From positions 13,210 to 77,209 of the forward strand of contig CAINNR010000030.1 in NCBI GenBank assembly GCA_903851235.1: a stretch of 64,000 nucleotides of DNA, in the 5' to 3' direction. Every line of letters starts with the position of its first letter. Position 1 is the first letter of the stretch. This DNA is from an uncultured Candidatus Berkelbacteria bacterium. Its GTDB lineage: Bacteria > Patescibacteriota > UBA1384 > XYA2-FULL-43-10 > CAINNR01. Positions 1 to 8,714 of this stretch are shown here, piece after piece. The notes below the pieces were generated by a model, which was given only the letters and a program-made list of their open reading frames with translations, ran no database searches and was not told the DNA's origin. The translations under genes were made by a program, and so were the position numbers.

Positions 1-167
1 CCCATTCGATACATCCAAGCCATTTCACGCCAGTAGTCTTGATCGAATGTTCGAGGTGCTGAACCAACTAGCTGTGAGAGTTGCCCACATCTTGTCATGC
101 TGACAATTGGAAGCTCGCCATGTTCTCGTCGATTTGACTGAATGTCGTCGAGAACGCCTCTGAGCAT
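1..167 (-). CDS. small hypothetical protein, paralog A of a tandem pair (N-terminus at 167; C-terminus runs off window start)
   Basis: Frame homologous to the 246-449 ORF (RKEVTEMLRGVLDDIQSNRREHGELPIV...FDQDYWREMAWM vs KEVVEVCEDIFDSIQSHYRENGVLPVV...FYRDYWFERAWM). AGGAAG RBS 8 nt before ATG at 167. Not the 25-249 frame in the ORF track. Confidence 0.4.
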   Translation of the reverse strand, partial: MLRGVLDDIQSNRREHGELPIVSMTRCGQLSQLVGSAPRTFDQDYWREMAWMYRM

Positions 168-199
168 TTCGGTCACTTCCTTTCGGTCGGGTTGTTTTG

Positions 200-208
200 A
201 TTATAGCA
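200..208 (-). promoter_or_regulatory. extended -10 promoter element TGcTATAAT (minus strand) upstream of paralog A
   Basis: Reverse complement of plus 200-208 is TGCTATAAT. The same 20-nt block GGTTGTTTTGATTATAGCAT is repeated before paralog B. Confidence 0.4.
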
Positions 209-245
209 TACTGCCAGTGGTGGCTGGGCGGTGGGCTAAATGTTA

Positions 246-449
246 TCAAGTATCAAGGTAGAAATGATCATTGCCAACCGAAATCATCCATGCCCTTTCA
301 AACCAATAGTCTCTGTAAAATTGAGCAGTTTCCGGACTGACTGTTGGTCGTTGCCGTTCTGCTTGCAGTCGACGAACAACCGGCAAAACTCCATTTTCTC
401 GATAATGTGATTGAATGCTATCGAAAATATCTTCGCACACCTCAACCAC
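246..449 (-). CDS. small hypothetical protein, paralog B of the tandem pair (start GTG at 449 or 440)
   Basis: ORF with AGGAAG RBS. Homologous to paralog A including the conserved DYWxExAWM motif. TGA stop at 246-248. Confidence 0.45.
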   Translation of the reverse strand: MVEVCEDIFDSIQSHYRENGVLPVVRRLQAERQRPTVSPETAQFYRDYWFERAWMISVGNDHFYLDT

Positions 450-474
450 TTCCTTTCTGTCCAGGGTTGTTTTG

Positions 475-483
475 ATTATAGCA
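475..483 (-). promoter_or_regulatory. extended -10 promoter element TGcTATAAT (minus strand) upstream of paralog B
   Basis: Second copy of the repeated block ttgttttgattatagcat. Reverse complement gives TGCTATAAT. Confidence 0.4.
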
Positions 484-492
484 TCTATTAAA

Positions 493-520
493 AAAACCGC
501 CAGTGGTGGCGGTTTGAGTA
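493..520. terminator. intrinsic terminator hairpin flanked by A-run and T-run (bidirectional), ends the 528-809 minus gene
   Basis: aaaaaaaCCGCCagtggtGGCGGttt: 5-bp GC stem with poly-A/T on both sides. Confidence 0.6.
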
Positions 521-527
521 AAGTAGT

Positions 528-809
528 TTAGCTTGGGATTTTTTTCCCGCCAATTACGGCCAGAAGCAAAAGAATAGCGTACAAAATGTACGTCCACGTA
601 GGCAAATAAAATCCAATCATGTACACGATCGTAAACAAGGTGGAAACAACAAGAGTAAACAGTACTATCTCTTTTGGTGGTTTAGGCAGTCTTTTTTTAG
701 GCGGGCAATCTGAATACCAATTACCGACGGCAGTCCATGAAATGATACTAACGGCGAAACAGAAAAGCAAGAAAAACCAATTTAGTGGTAGCCCCATTGT
801 GCTTGCCAC
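528..809 (-). CDS. small integral membrane protein (93 aa, 2-3 TM helices)
   Basis: Hydrophobic segments in translation. Terminator immediately downstream on the minus strand. Confidence 0.5.
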   Translation of the reverse strand: MASTMGLPLNWFFLLFCFAVSIISWTAVGNWYSDCPPKKRLPKPPKEIVLFTLVVSTLFTIVYMIGFYLPTWTYILYAILLLLAVIGGKKIPS

Positions 810-868
810 CCTTCGTTATTATTGTTACGACAACAGTAATTTTAACACAAGTATTTAATTTTGACAAT

Positions 869-897
869 AAAAAAAACCGCCAGCGTGCGGCGGTTTG
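869..897 (-). terminator. intrinsic terminator (minus orientation)
   Basis: aaaaaaaaCCGCCagcgtgcGGCGGttt: stem followed by T-run on the minus strand. Confidence 0.55.
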
Positions 898-904
898 GTT
901 GTGG

Positions 905-1024
905 TCATCTCGACGGCGCTGGACCGGTTGGTCGATTCTGGCGATAATGAACTGTTGATGCTATTACGCGGGTTTCTCGCAGGAGTACGATGTAAGCAAT
1001 CAGCTCGCGGATGACATCCAACAT
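905..1024 (-). CDS. possible 39-aa small ORF (MLDVIRELIAYIVLLRETRVIASTVHYRQNRPTGPAPSR)
   Basis: ATG at 1024 preceded by AAGGAG 8 nt upstream. Ends directly at the 869-897 terminator. Lies antisense to the lysS promoter region. The longer 905-1210 ORF in the track overlaps the lysS start and is not credible. Confidence 0.25.
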   Translation of the reverse strand: MLDVIRELIAYIVLLRETRVIASTVHYRQNRPTGPAPSR

Positions 1025-1153
1025 GCCATCATCTCCTTTGTCAAAAGGATAGCAAAATTGAGAAAATAAAACAAGCTTTAAATTTGGCGAGTTTTTTGCT
1101 AGAGTAAAAACATAAACGGAGATTCCAGCACTGATTTCTTGCGCAGATAAACG

Positions 1154-2575
1154 TTGATGGAAACAATCAGCGTGACAGATCAGTGTAATAATTATATTAT
1201 TATGAATCAACTTGGCAAAACTGAAGAGGAGCTAATTAAATCGAGAAAAGGCAAGCGAGCGAAACTTGAGGCTCTTAATGTTGAAACCTATCCGGCGAAG
1301 TCGGAGCGAAACTACATTGTCAAAAAAGTTTTGGCGTCAGAGAAGGAGTTTATTGCCGGTGCGGAAGTGCTGAAATTGGCCGGACGAATTACGGCGATGC
1401 GTGGACATGGCGCAATTATCTTCGCTGATTTGCAAGATGAGAGCGGAAAACTTCAATTACTTTTTAAATCCGACAAGCTGGCAGAAGATTTTAAACTTTT
1501 AGATTTGTTGGATGTTGGCGATTTTATTCAAGTCGCCGGCAAATTATTTATTACCAAGGCCGGCGAAACAACACTCGAGGTTCTGTCATTTAAACTACTG
1601 ACGAAATCACTTCGGCCGTTGCCGGAAAAATGGCACGGATTAACCGACACCGAAACCAGATATCGCCAGCGTTATGTCGACTTAATTGTTAACCCGCGCG
1701 TCAAGGAACTGTTTTACAAACGATCAAAAATTATTGCGACTATCAGGAATTTCTTAGTCGAAAATGGTTTTTTGGAAGTTGATACTCCGACGCTTCAACC
1801 GATCGCCGGCGGCGCTGTTGCCAAACCGTTCGCGACACACTATAATGCTTATGATCGCGAGGTTTTTCTCCGAATTGCACCGGAGCTATATCTCAAGCGC
1901 TTGATTGTTGGTGGCTTTGAAAAGGTGTTCGAATTTGCCCGCTGTTTCCGCAATGAAGGAGTAGACGCGACACACAATCCGGAGTTTACCAACTTGGAAT
2001 TTTATTGGGCTTATACCGACTACGAAAAGCTGATGGAGTTTACCGAAGAGTTAATGAAAAATCTGGTCAAGGAAGTTTTTGGCAAAACCGATGTTGAAAT
2101 TACTGGCGAAATGGTGGATTTTAGTCTTAAGTTTCCACGAATTACATTTTCCGATTTTACCGGCGGCAAAAATACTGACGAAGCGTTTAAAGCTGCGGTG
2201 AAAAAAATCACTCGTCCAACTTTTGTTATCGATCATCCAATAGAAATATCGCCGTTGGCGAAACGTAAAGGAGAAAAAACCGTTGAACGATTCCAGCTGA
2301 TTCTTGGCGGGCTGGAAGTCGTCAACGCATTCTCAGAATTGAATGATCCGGTTGATCAGAAATTGCGCTTTGAAGATCAAGGGAAAAAGCGGGATTCCGG
2401 TGACGAGGAAGCTCATGAATACGACGCCGATTTCGTCAAAGCCTTGGAATACGGTATGCCACCGACTGCCGGCTGGGGAATGGGAATCGACAGACTAGTC
2501 ATGCTACTTACCGGATCAAAAACTTTGCGTGAGATATTACTGTTTCCGTACATGAGGCCGGAAAAGAACGAATGA
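1154..2575 (+). CDS. lysS: lysyl-tRNA synthetase, class II (true start may be the internal Met at 1202)
   Basis: Class II motifs (FRNEGVDATHNPEFTNLEFYWAY, GMGIDRLVMLL) and N-terminal OB-fold region. Confidence 0.95.
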   Translation: MMETISVTDQCNNYIIMNQLGKTEEELIKSRKGKRAKLEALNVETYPAKSERNYIVKKVLASEKEFIAGAEVLKLAGRITAMRGHGAIIFADLQDESGKLQLLFKSDKLAEDFKLLDLLDVGDFIQVAGKLFITKAGETTLEVLSFKLLTKSLRPLPEKWHGLTDTETRYRQRYVDLIVNPRVKELFYKRSKIIATIRNFLVENGFLEVDTPTLQPIAGGAVAKPFATHYNAYDREVFLRIAPELYLKRLIVGGFEKVFEFARCFRNEGVDATHNPEFTNLEFYWAYTDYEKLMEFTEELMKNLVKEVFGKTDVEITGEMVDFSLKFPRITFSDFTGGKNTDEAFKAAVKKITRPTFVIDHPIEISPLAKRKGEKTVERFQLILGGLEVVNAFSELNDPVDQKLRFEDQGKKRDSGDEEAHEYDADFVKALEYGMPPTAGWGMGIDRLVMLLTGSKTLREILLFPYMRPEKNE

Positions 2576-2578
2576 TTT

Positions 2579-2619
2579 AAAAACGCATAGCTAATAACCA
2601 TAACTAAGTAGTTAATTAG
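2579..2619 (+). repeat. 41-nt intergenic repeat element, copy 1 (downstream of lysS)
   Basis: aaaaacgcatagctaataaccataactaagtagttaattag: about 36/41 identical to copy 2 at 3942-3982. Confidence 0.5.
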
Positions 2620-2672
2620 CTAGGAAATTAAAATTATTCGTTATTAGTTATAAAATATTAGTTAGGAGAAAT

Positions 2673-3932
2673 ATGTTAGATATTGAACTGATACGAAAAG
2701 AACCGGAGGGAATTAAAAAAGCCATTGCCAGAAAGGGCGCCGATCCGGCTTTAATCGACGAAGTGGTTTTGATTGATCGCAATCGTCGCCGAGTGTTATC
2801 CGAACTGGAACGGGCGCAGTCGGAGTTAAATCGCCACTCAAAGGACATCGCCAATTTGCACGGTCAGCAAAAAATTGATGCTATCAACAACGCCGGAATT
2901 TGGTCGGCCAAAGTCAAAGAGTTAAAACCGGAGGCTGATCGATCGCAAAGGGAGTTTGTGGATATAATGCTCCTAATTCCGAATCCGCCACTCGCCGATG
3001 TTATCGACGGCGCATCCGACAAAGAAAACACCGTAAACCGTACTGTCGGGGAGATATCGAAATTTTCCTTCAAACCACTCGATCATGTTGAGTTGGGAGA
3101 AAAACTCGACCTAATTGACATCGAACGCGCTGGAAAAATCTCCGGTTCACGCTTTTATTTTTTGAAAAATGAATTGGTCCAACTGGAGTTTGCCTTAGCG
3201 CAATATGCGATGGAGATCCTGACGGCAGAAAAATTTGTGCCGATGATCACACCGGTGCTTTTAAACCGCGAAGCAATGACTGGCGCCGGATATCTGCCGG
3301 CCGGCGAGGATGAAATTTATAAAACTCAGGATGACTTGTATTTGGTTGGAACGTCGGAGCAACCGCTGGCCGGATATCACAGTAATGAAATTATTGATGG
3401 AAAAAATTTGCCCTTACGTTACGCCGGGTTTTCTAGCTGTTTCAGGCGCGAAGCCGGCAGCCATGGTAAAGATGTCCGGGGGATTCTACGGGCGCACCAA
3501 TTTGACAAAGTTGAAATGTTTTCCTTTTGCTTGCCGGAAAATTCAGAAAAGGAACATGAATATTTGGTCTCGCTGGAGGAAAAAATCGTTTCCGGTCTCG
3601 GATTGCCATATCAAATTGTTAATATTTGTGCCGGCGATTTGGGCTCCCCGGCGGTGAAAAAATATGATGTTGAAACTTGGATGCCGGGGCAAGACCAATA
3701 TCGGGAAACCCACTCCTGTTCAAATTGCACTGATTTTCAAGCTCGTCGTCTTAATATCCGATATCGCGACAAAGACGGCAAGGTTGCGCCGCTCCACACT
3801 TTAAATGGCACGGCAATTGCCATTGGTCGAATGCTGATCGCGATTATGGAAAACGGCCAGCAAAAAGACGGCAGTATCAAAATCCCGGAAATACTTCACA
3901 AATCTCTTAATTTCAAGGAAATTAAGAGATAA
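2673..3932 (+). CDS. serS: seryl-tRNA synthetase
   Basis: N-terminal coiled-coil arm plus class II core (GYHSNEIIDGKNLPLRYAGFSSCFRREAGSHGKD). Confidence 0.95.
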   Translation: MLDIELIRKEPEGIKKAIARKGADPALIDEVVLIDRNRRRVLSELERAQSELNRHSKDIANLHGQQKIDAINNAGIWSAKVKELKPEADRSQREFVDIMLLIPNPPLADVIDGASDKENTVNRTVGEISKFSFKPLDHVELGEKLDLIDIERAGKISGSRFYFLKNELVQLEFALAQYAMEILTAEKFVPMITPVLLNREAMTGAGYLPAGEDEIYKTQDDLYLVGTSEQPLAGYHSNEIIDGKNLPLRYAGFSSCFRREAGSHGKDVRGILRAHQFDKVEMFSFCLPENSEKEHEYLVSLEEKIVSGLGLPYQIVNICAGDLGSPAVKKYDVETWMPGQDQYRETHSCSNCTDFQARRLNIRYRDKDGKVAPLHTLNGTAIAIGRMLIAIMENGQQKDGSIKIPEILHKSLNFKEIKR

Positions 3933-3941
3933 CGAATAACT

Positions 3942-3982
3942 AAAAACGTATAACTAATAACCATAGCCAAGTAGTTAATAAG
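3942..3982 (+). repeat. 41-nt intergenic repeat element, copy 2 (downstream of serS)
   Basis: aaaaacgtataactaataaccatagccaagtagttaataag. Followed by (aagttaaa)x3 at 3981-4007. Confidence 0.5.
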
Positions 3983-4036
3983 TTAAAAAGTTAAAAAGTT
4001 AAAGTTATTAATTATTAGTTTGAATAGGAGGCCCAA

Positions 4037-4414
4037 GTGCAAATTAATGTCGTGACGAAAGATGTTATCATCACGGCCCGTCAGAAATCCGATATTGAGA
4101 AAAAAATCAGTCGACTTAAAAAATATTTGAAACATGAAAGTCCGGTGAATATCGAAGTTCACTTAATTGACGACTCTGGGCCGAACAAAACCGGAGTGAC
4201 GCAGAGTGTGAAAATTGATGTTGTTTCCGAGCATTACAATATTCACATCGAGGAAAAAAAGAATAATATTATGAAGGCTTTCGCCAATGCGCTCCGATCA
4301 GTTGACCGCCAGGTCCGCGATCAGCATAAAAAAGAGATCCAAAAAGCCCAAACCGGTGGCGGAAGATTTGACAAAGTTTTTGGGATTTTGGGAAAATTCC
4401 GACGGAAGAAGTGA
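4037..4414 (+). CDS. hpf: ribosome hibernation promoting factor / RaiA-YfiA family (GTG start)
   Basis: GGAGG RBS 6 nt upstream of GTG. The beta-alpha-beta-beta-beta-alpha pattern of the translation (MQINVVTKDVIITARQKSDIEKKISRLKKY...VEVHLIDD...VKIDV) is typical of HPF. Confidence 0.8.
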   Translation: MQINVVTKDVIITARQKSDIEKKISRLKKYLKHESPVNIEVHLIDDSGPNKTGVTQSVKIDVVSEHYNIHIEEKKNNIMKAFANALRSVDRQVRDQHKKEIQKAQTGGGRFDKVFGILGKFRRKK

Positions 4415-4493
4415 TGTAACGTGTCATCCTCGTAAAGACGGGAATCCACAAATAGTTTTGTCACCCTAAACTCGATTCAGGATCTCATTAATA

Positions 4494-4527
4494 GAATAAA
4501 AAAACGAGCGGCCGTTTTGGCTGCTCG
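4494..4527 (-). terminator. intrinsic terminator for the minus-strand pentapeptide-repeat gene
   Basis: ACGAGCggccgttttggctGCTCGT stem followed by T-run on the minus strand. Confidence 0.6.
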
Positions 4528-4577
4528 TGGTGTTTGGTAAAAGGTGAGTATCAGTGAAAGTCGAAGATTCTGTGGAC

Positions 4578-5174
4578 TTATGCCCATGTTCTGATCAATT
4601 CGGCAGCAGCGAGATAATCTTCCCCGTCTTTGTCGTCGCTGTGATCCCTGTCGATATTCCGGAGAAAGTCGTCAAGAGTTCCCCAGAAGCAACCGGTTTT
4701 AATCATCGGCCCGTCTACATGTCTGACGGCGTAAAGAAGGTCACTGCGACTTCCAATTGGGCCAATGTTCAGAATTCCTTGCGCTTGAAAGAGATCAGTT
4801 CCTTCGAGTGTCGTGCCTTTAATAATGGTTTGACCAAAAATGGTTCTTTCAAGATTTGTTCGATACAGATAAGCGTTTGTTAGGTCAACCCCTGTCAGGT
4901 TGGCTCCATGCAGGTTGGCAGACTCTAGGTCACAACCGATCAATTTCGCGCCGGTAAGATCGGCATAACTTAAGTCTGCGTTTTTAAGGTTGACGTAATT
5001 ATGCCGAAAACCCTTATAATATTTAATTTGCAGGTCGAGGTTACGAAGATTTGCTCCCGACAATTCGACACCGCAAAGCGACTTGCGATTGTGTGCGGCC
5101 TCCTCAACTGCCGTCTTAACACTTCGACGTCTACAAGTGAAAATGACGTCACCATATGTGTTCTTGAGTTTCAT
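4578..5174 (-). CDS. pentapeptide-repeat protein (Qnr/MfpA-like fold), start moved to Met at 5174
   Basis: Tandem A(D/N)LxxA(N/D)LxGAxL pentapeptide repeats (ANLRNLDL, ADLSYADLTGAKLIGCDLESANLHGANLTGVDLTNAYL). GGAGG RBS 6 nt before ATG at 5174. The 5175-5387 extension in the track has no support. Confidence 0.75.
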   Translation of the reverse strand: MKLKNTYGDVIFTCRRRSVKTAVEEAAHNRKSLCGVELSGANLRNLDLQIKYYKGFRHNYVNLKNADLSYADLTGAKLIGCDLESANLHGANLTGVDLTNAYLYRTNLERTIFGQTIIKGTTLEGTDLFQAQGILNIGPIGSRSDLLYAVRHVDGPMIKTGCFWGTLDDFLRNIDRDHSDDKDGEDYLAAAELIRTWA

Positions 5175-5386
5175 CTCTTGCCTCCAAAAGCCGTGTTGTT
5201 TGCGCGATTTGATTCTAGCATTAAACTTTCCAATTATCAAGAGTGTTTTTGTGAGTTGAAAAAATAGGCACAAAGTGGTAAAGTAAAAGCATAAAAGGAG
5301 ATTCTGATGCAGATTTATCACGCAGATAACCGCAGACGAAATTAGTGACAATCGGCGTGAAAGTTTGGTGTAAGAATTACAACACA

Positions 5387-8143
5387 ATGTCCTTATTCTC
5401 GAAATTTTTTACCGATTCCAGTCAAAAGGTAGTCAACCGCTATCGGAAGTTTTTAGTTGATGCCAATTCATTAGAGTCGGAGTTAAAGAAAAAATCCGAC
5501 AAACAATTGAAAGAATACACAGGAAAATTTCAAAAGCAGTTGACAGTAGTTAGTGGTCAGTTGTCGGAGGAATCAAGAATTATGGAAGAAATTATGCCGG
5601 AGGCGTTTGCCGTTGTCCGCGAAGTTTCGCGCCGAGTTTGGGGAGAGCGACACTTTGATGTCCAGCTGATTGGCGGCGCGGTTTTGCACTCGGGTCAAAT
5701 TGCCGAAATGAAAACCGGTGAAGGAAAAACCTTGGTCGCAACGCTACCATTATATTTAAACGCTTTAGCCGGTCGTGGTGCCCATTTGGTAACCGTCAAT
5801 GACTACCTTTCGAAAAGTCAGGGCGAGGGGATGGGTGAAATTTACAACTTTTTGGGCCTTTCAGTCGGTGTAATCCAAAATCAGCAGATCTCTTACAAAT
5901 TTGAGAAGAAAAAAGATTACAAACATTATTCCGAGGCTGATGGTTCGAATCTTGTGCCCTGCTCGCGACAGGAGGCCTACGCCTGCGATATTACCTATGG
6001 CACCAACAATGAGTTTGGTTTTGATTATTTGCGCGACAACATGGCTCCGAGTTTGGCCCAGTGTGTTCAGCGCGAACTACATTTTGCCATTGTTGATGAG
6101 GTTGACTCAATATTAATTGATGAAGCCCGAACACCTCTGATTATCTCGGCGCCGGCGGAAGAATCGGCGTCGCTGTACCAAAAATTTTCTGGCCTTGTTC
6201 CACGACTAAAAATTGTTGAAGATTATACCGTTGATGAAAAGGATCGAGCGGTGATGATTACCGATGAGGGAATCAAAAAAATCGAGGGCATGTTGGGAAT
6301 TGCCAATGTTTACAGCGCCGAATCAATCGAATTGGTTCATCACCTGGAGGAAGCGCTGAAGGCGCACGCATTATTTAAAAAAGACAAAGATTATGTCGTT
6401 AAAGACGGCGAAATTATTATCGTCGATGAATTTACCGGCCGATTGATGCAGGGTCGTCGATATTCCGAAGGTTTGCATCAGGCGATTGAAGCCAAGGAAA
6501 ATGTTGAAGTCAAACGCGAGTCGCAAACAATGGCGACGATATCATTTCAGAATTTATTTCGCCTGTACCACAAACTTGCCGGCATGACCGGAACTGCAGC
6601 GACGGAAGCCGAGGAGTTTTATAAAATTTACAAATTGGATGTAACCGAAATTCCGACCAATCAACCGATGATCCGTCACGACGCCGGCGACAAGATTTAC
6701 AAAACTTTTGCCGGCAAAATCGACGCAGTGGTTGCCGACATTAAATCTCGCCAGGCAAAAGGCCAACCGGTTTTAGTTGGCACAGTTTCAGTCGAGAAGA
6801 ATGAATATCTATCGAAGTTCTTGAAACGAGCCGGAATCAAACATGAAGTTTTGAACGCCAAAAACCATGAGCGGGAAGCAAAAATTATTATCAAAGCCGG
6901 GCAGATCGGCGCCGTCACCGTCGCCACCAACATGGCTGGTCGCGGGACTGACATCAAACTTGGCGCCGGAGTAGCGCGCCTTGGCGGTTTACATGTAATC
7001 GGCACCGAACGACACGAATCGCGACGAATTGACAACCAGCTTCGCGGTCGTTCCGGTCGTCAAGGCGATCCGGGATCGTCTCAATTTTATGTTTCAATGG
7101 AAGATGATCTGATGCGAATTTTCGGTGGCGACAGATTGAAATCGATTATGGAACGTTTTGGTTTGCCTGAAGATATTCCGATTGAAAACTCGATGATTTC
7201 TCGCTCAATCGAAACGGCGCAAAAGAAAGTTGAGGGTCACAACTTTGATATTCGCAAACATTTGGTTGAATATGACGATGTGATGAATTCGCATCGCAAA
7301 TACGTTTATGGCAAAAGAAGGAAGATATTGGAAAGTTCAAATGAAGATCAAAATCCAAATGTTGAAACCCGAAATTCGAATGACGAAAAAATTTCGAATG
7401 ATAAAATAGAAAATATAAGAGAGGACATTCTGGAAATTGCCAACAAAGAGATTGATGGTATCTTCACAACACTGGCGGCTGAGCCGGAGAAAATTAAAAC
7501 GGAAATCGAGGCGATTTTTACTCTCAGTCCGAAAGATTTATCAGCCGACATCGTCAAAAATGATGTCAAAAAACTTTATGTTGAGCGCGAAAAAAAATTC
7601 GGTCAGGAAGTGATGCATCAAGTAGAGCAAGCGGTTTATTTACGAACAATTGATATGCTTTGGATTGAGCATTTAACAACAATGGAGGAGTTGCGAACCG
7701 GAATTGGATTGCAAGGATATGCTCAGACTGATCCGTTAGTTGCCTACAAACGCGAATCGTATCGCCTGTTTCAGGATCTTCTATCGGCTATCAATGCCGG
7801 AGTTTTGCGAACGATTTTTCATGTCGAGGTCAATATTCAACCGCCGGCGAGCGCCATCGAATCAAGACCATTGGAATATCTTGCACCGGATCCAGATCGG
7901 GTGGGAGATATAGAAGAAAATCCAAATGACAAAACCCAAATGTCAAATGAAGTTCAAAGTTCAAACGATCAGATGTCAAACGGAATTACAACAACCATCA
8001 GACAAAAAGGGAAATCGGTTTTTGAGCGGATGGATAATGCTAATGGTGCCGGTCAAACAGTTAAATCAGCGCATAAGCCCGGCCGCAACGATCCCTGCCC
8101 GTGCGGTTCTGGGAAAAAGTACAAGAAATGCTGTGGAAAGTAA
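5387..8143 (+). CDS. secA: preprotein translocase ATPase SecA
   Basis: DEAD-motor motifs (KTGEGKT, DEVDSILIDEARTPLIIS, TNMAGRGTDI) and C-terminal zinc finger CPCGSGKKYKKCCGK. Start placed at MSLFSKFF; the track start at 5345 (GTG) is a probable extension. Confidence 0.95.
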   Translation: MSLFSKFFTDSSQKVVNRYRKFLVDANSLESELKKKSDKQLKEYTGKFQKQLTVVSGQLSEESRIMEEIMPEAFAVVREVSRRVWGERHFDVQLIGGAVLHSGQIAEMKTGEGKTLVATLPLYLNALAGRGAHLVTVNDYLSKSQGEGMGEIYNFLGLSVGVIQNQQISYKFEKKKDYKHYSEADGSNLVPCSRQEAYACDITYGTNNEFGFDYLRDNMAPSLAQCVQRELHFAIVDEVDSILIDEARTPLIISAPAEESASLYQKFSGLVPRLKIVEDYTVDEKDRAVMITDEGIKKIEGMLGIANVYSAESIELVHHLEEALKAHALFKKDKDYVVKDGEIIIVDEFTGRLMQGRRYSEGLHQAIEAKENVEVKRESQTMATISFQNLFRLYHKLAGMTGTAATEAEEFYKIYKLDVTEIPTNQPMIRHDAGDKIYKTFAGKIDAVVADIKSRQAKGQPVLVGTVSVEKNEYLSKFLKRAGIKHEVLNAKNHEREAKIIIKAGQIGAVTVATNMAGRGTDIKLGAGVARLGGLHVIGTERHESRRIDNQLRGRSGRQGDPGSSQFYVSMEDDLMRIFGGDRLKSIMERFGLPEDIPIENSMISRSIETAQKKVEGHNFDIRKHLVEYDDVMNSHRKYVYGKRRKILESSNEDQNPNVETRNSNDEKISNDKIENIREDILEIANKEIDGIFTTLAAEPEKIKTEIEAIFTLSPKDLSADIVKNDVKKLYVEREKKFGQEVMHQVEQAVYLRTIDMLWIEHLTTMEELRTGIGLQGYAQTDPLVAYKRESYRLFQDLLSAINAGVLRTIFHVEVNIQPPASAIESRPLEYLAPDPDRVGDIEENPNDKTQMSNEVQSSNDQMSNGITTTIRQKGKSVFERMDNANGAGQTVKSAHKPGRNDPCPCGSGKKYKKCCGK

Positions 8144-8179
8144 TATCGCCTACCCAGTTTTAGTCTGTGATAGCTAATT

Positions 8180-8533
8180 TTGGGGATAATAATTTACGAA
8201 GAAAAAATGAAGGAATCAAAAAAAGTAGAACTTGTTGTCTTTGTCCCGGAAAGCCATGCCGAGGCGATTCGAAAAGCAATGGGTGATGCCGGCGCCGGCG
8301 TGATCGGAAATTATACTTATTGTTTTTCGTCATCAAAAAGTACTGGTGATTTTAAACCGCAAGAAGGATCAAATCCATCAATTGGCAAAATTGGAAAGCA
8401 GAAATCAGTTGAAGAAATTCGGATTGAAACTCTTTGTGGTCGTGAAAAAGTTGAAGCAGTTATTAATACAATTTCGGCGGTTCATCCGTATGAAGAAGCG
8501 CCGGTCGATATTTATCCAATGTTGGAAATATAA
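8180..8533 (+). CDS. small alpha/beta protein, CutA1 / PII-like fold candidate (start TTG 8180 or ATG 8207)
   Basis: C-terminal HPYEEAPVDIYPM resembles the CutA HPY(E/Q)xPE motif. Family assignment from memory is uncertain. Confidence 0.4.
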   Translation: MGIIIYEEKMKESKKVELVVFVPESHAEAIRKAMGDAGAGVIGNYTYCFSSSKSTGDFKPQEGSNPSIGKIGKQKSVEEIRIETLCGREKVEAVINTISAVHPYEEAPVDIYPMLEI

Positions 8534-8567
8534 TTTTGAGCTCAGTAATCGACAAATTTATTATAAA

Positions 8568-8591
8568 AACCTCGCCGGTCGAGGTTTTTAT
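8568..8591 (+). terminator. intrinsic terminator after the 8180-8533 gene
   Basis: AACCTCGccggtCGAGGTT followed by ttttat. Confidence 0.6.
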
Positions 8592-8690
8592 AATTATCCC
8601 TAACTTTATCGACATACAGTGATGTAGCGAAGGGATAATTATTTTACTTATAACAAATCTATTTTTTTTTGGACAGAATTTGACTCATTA

Positions 8691-8699
8691 TGGTATAAT
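8691..8699 (+). promoter_or_regulatory. extended -10 element TGgTATAAT (gpmI promoter)
   Basis: TGGTATAAT lies about 90 nt upstream of the gpmI start. TTGGAC sits 19 nt upstream. Confidence 0.4.
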
Positions 8700-8714
8700 C
8701 AATACAAGAATAAA

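Noticed and set aside
25-249. 74-aa minus-strand ORF in the supplied track
   Set aside because: It is in a different frame from the paralog-conserved frame. The homologous frame to the 246-449 gene (RKEVTEML.../DYWREMAWM) is the plausible coding frame and runs off the window start.
619-858. 79-aa plus-strand ORF
   Set aside because: It overlaps the small membrane-protein gene on the opposite strand. It has no RBS and low-complexity translation.
1029-1040. TTGACA hexamer considered as a -35 element
   Set aside because: It is part of the AAGGAG RBS context of the minus-strand sORF. No -10 element lies at a suitable spacing.
905-1210. 101-aa minus-strand ORF as listed
   Set aside because: Its 5' part overlaps the lysS start and promoter. 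Only the terminal 39-aa segment, with its own strong RBS, is retained as a low-confidence sORF.
3310-3657. 115-aa ORF inside serS
   Set aside because: It is an alternative frame of serS.
5345-5386. N-terminal extension of secA (MTIGVKVWCKNYNT)
   Set aside because: SecA homologs begin at the MSLFSKFF-type N-terminus. The extension starts with GTG and has no RBS.
6554-7035. Minus-strand ORFs inside secA
   Set aside because: They are antisense to a high-confidence essential gene and have no signals.
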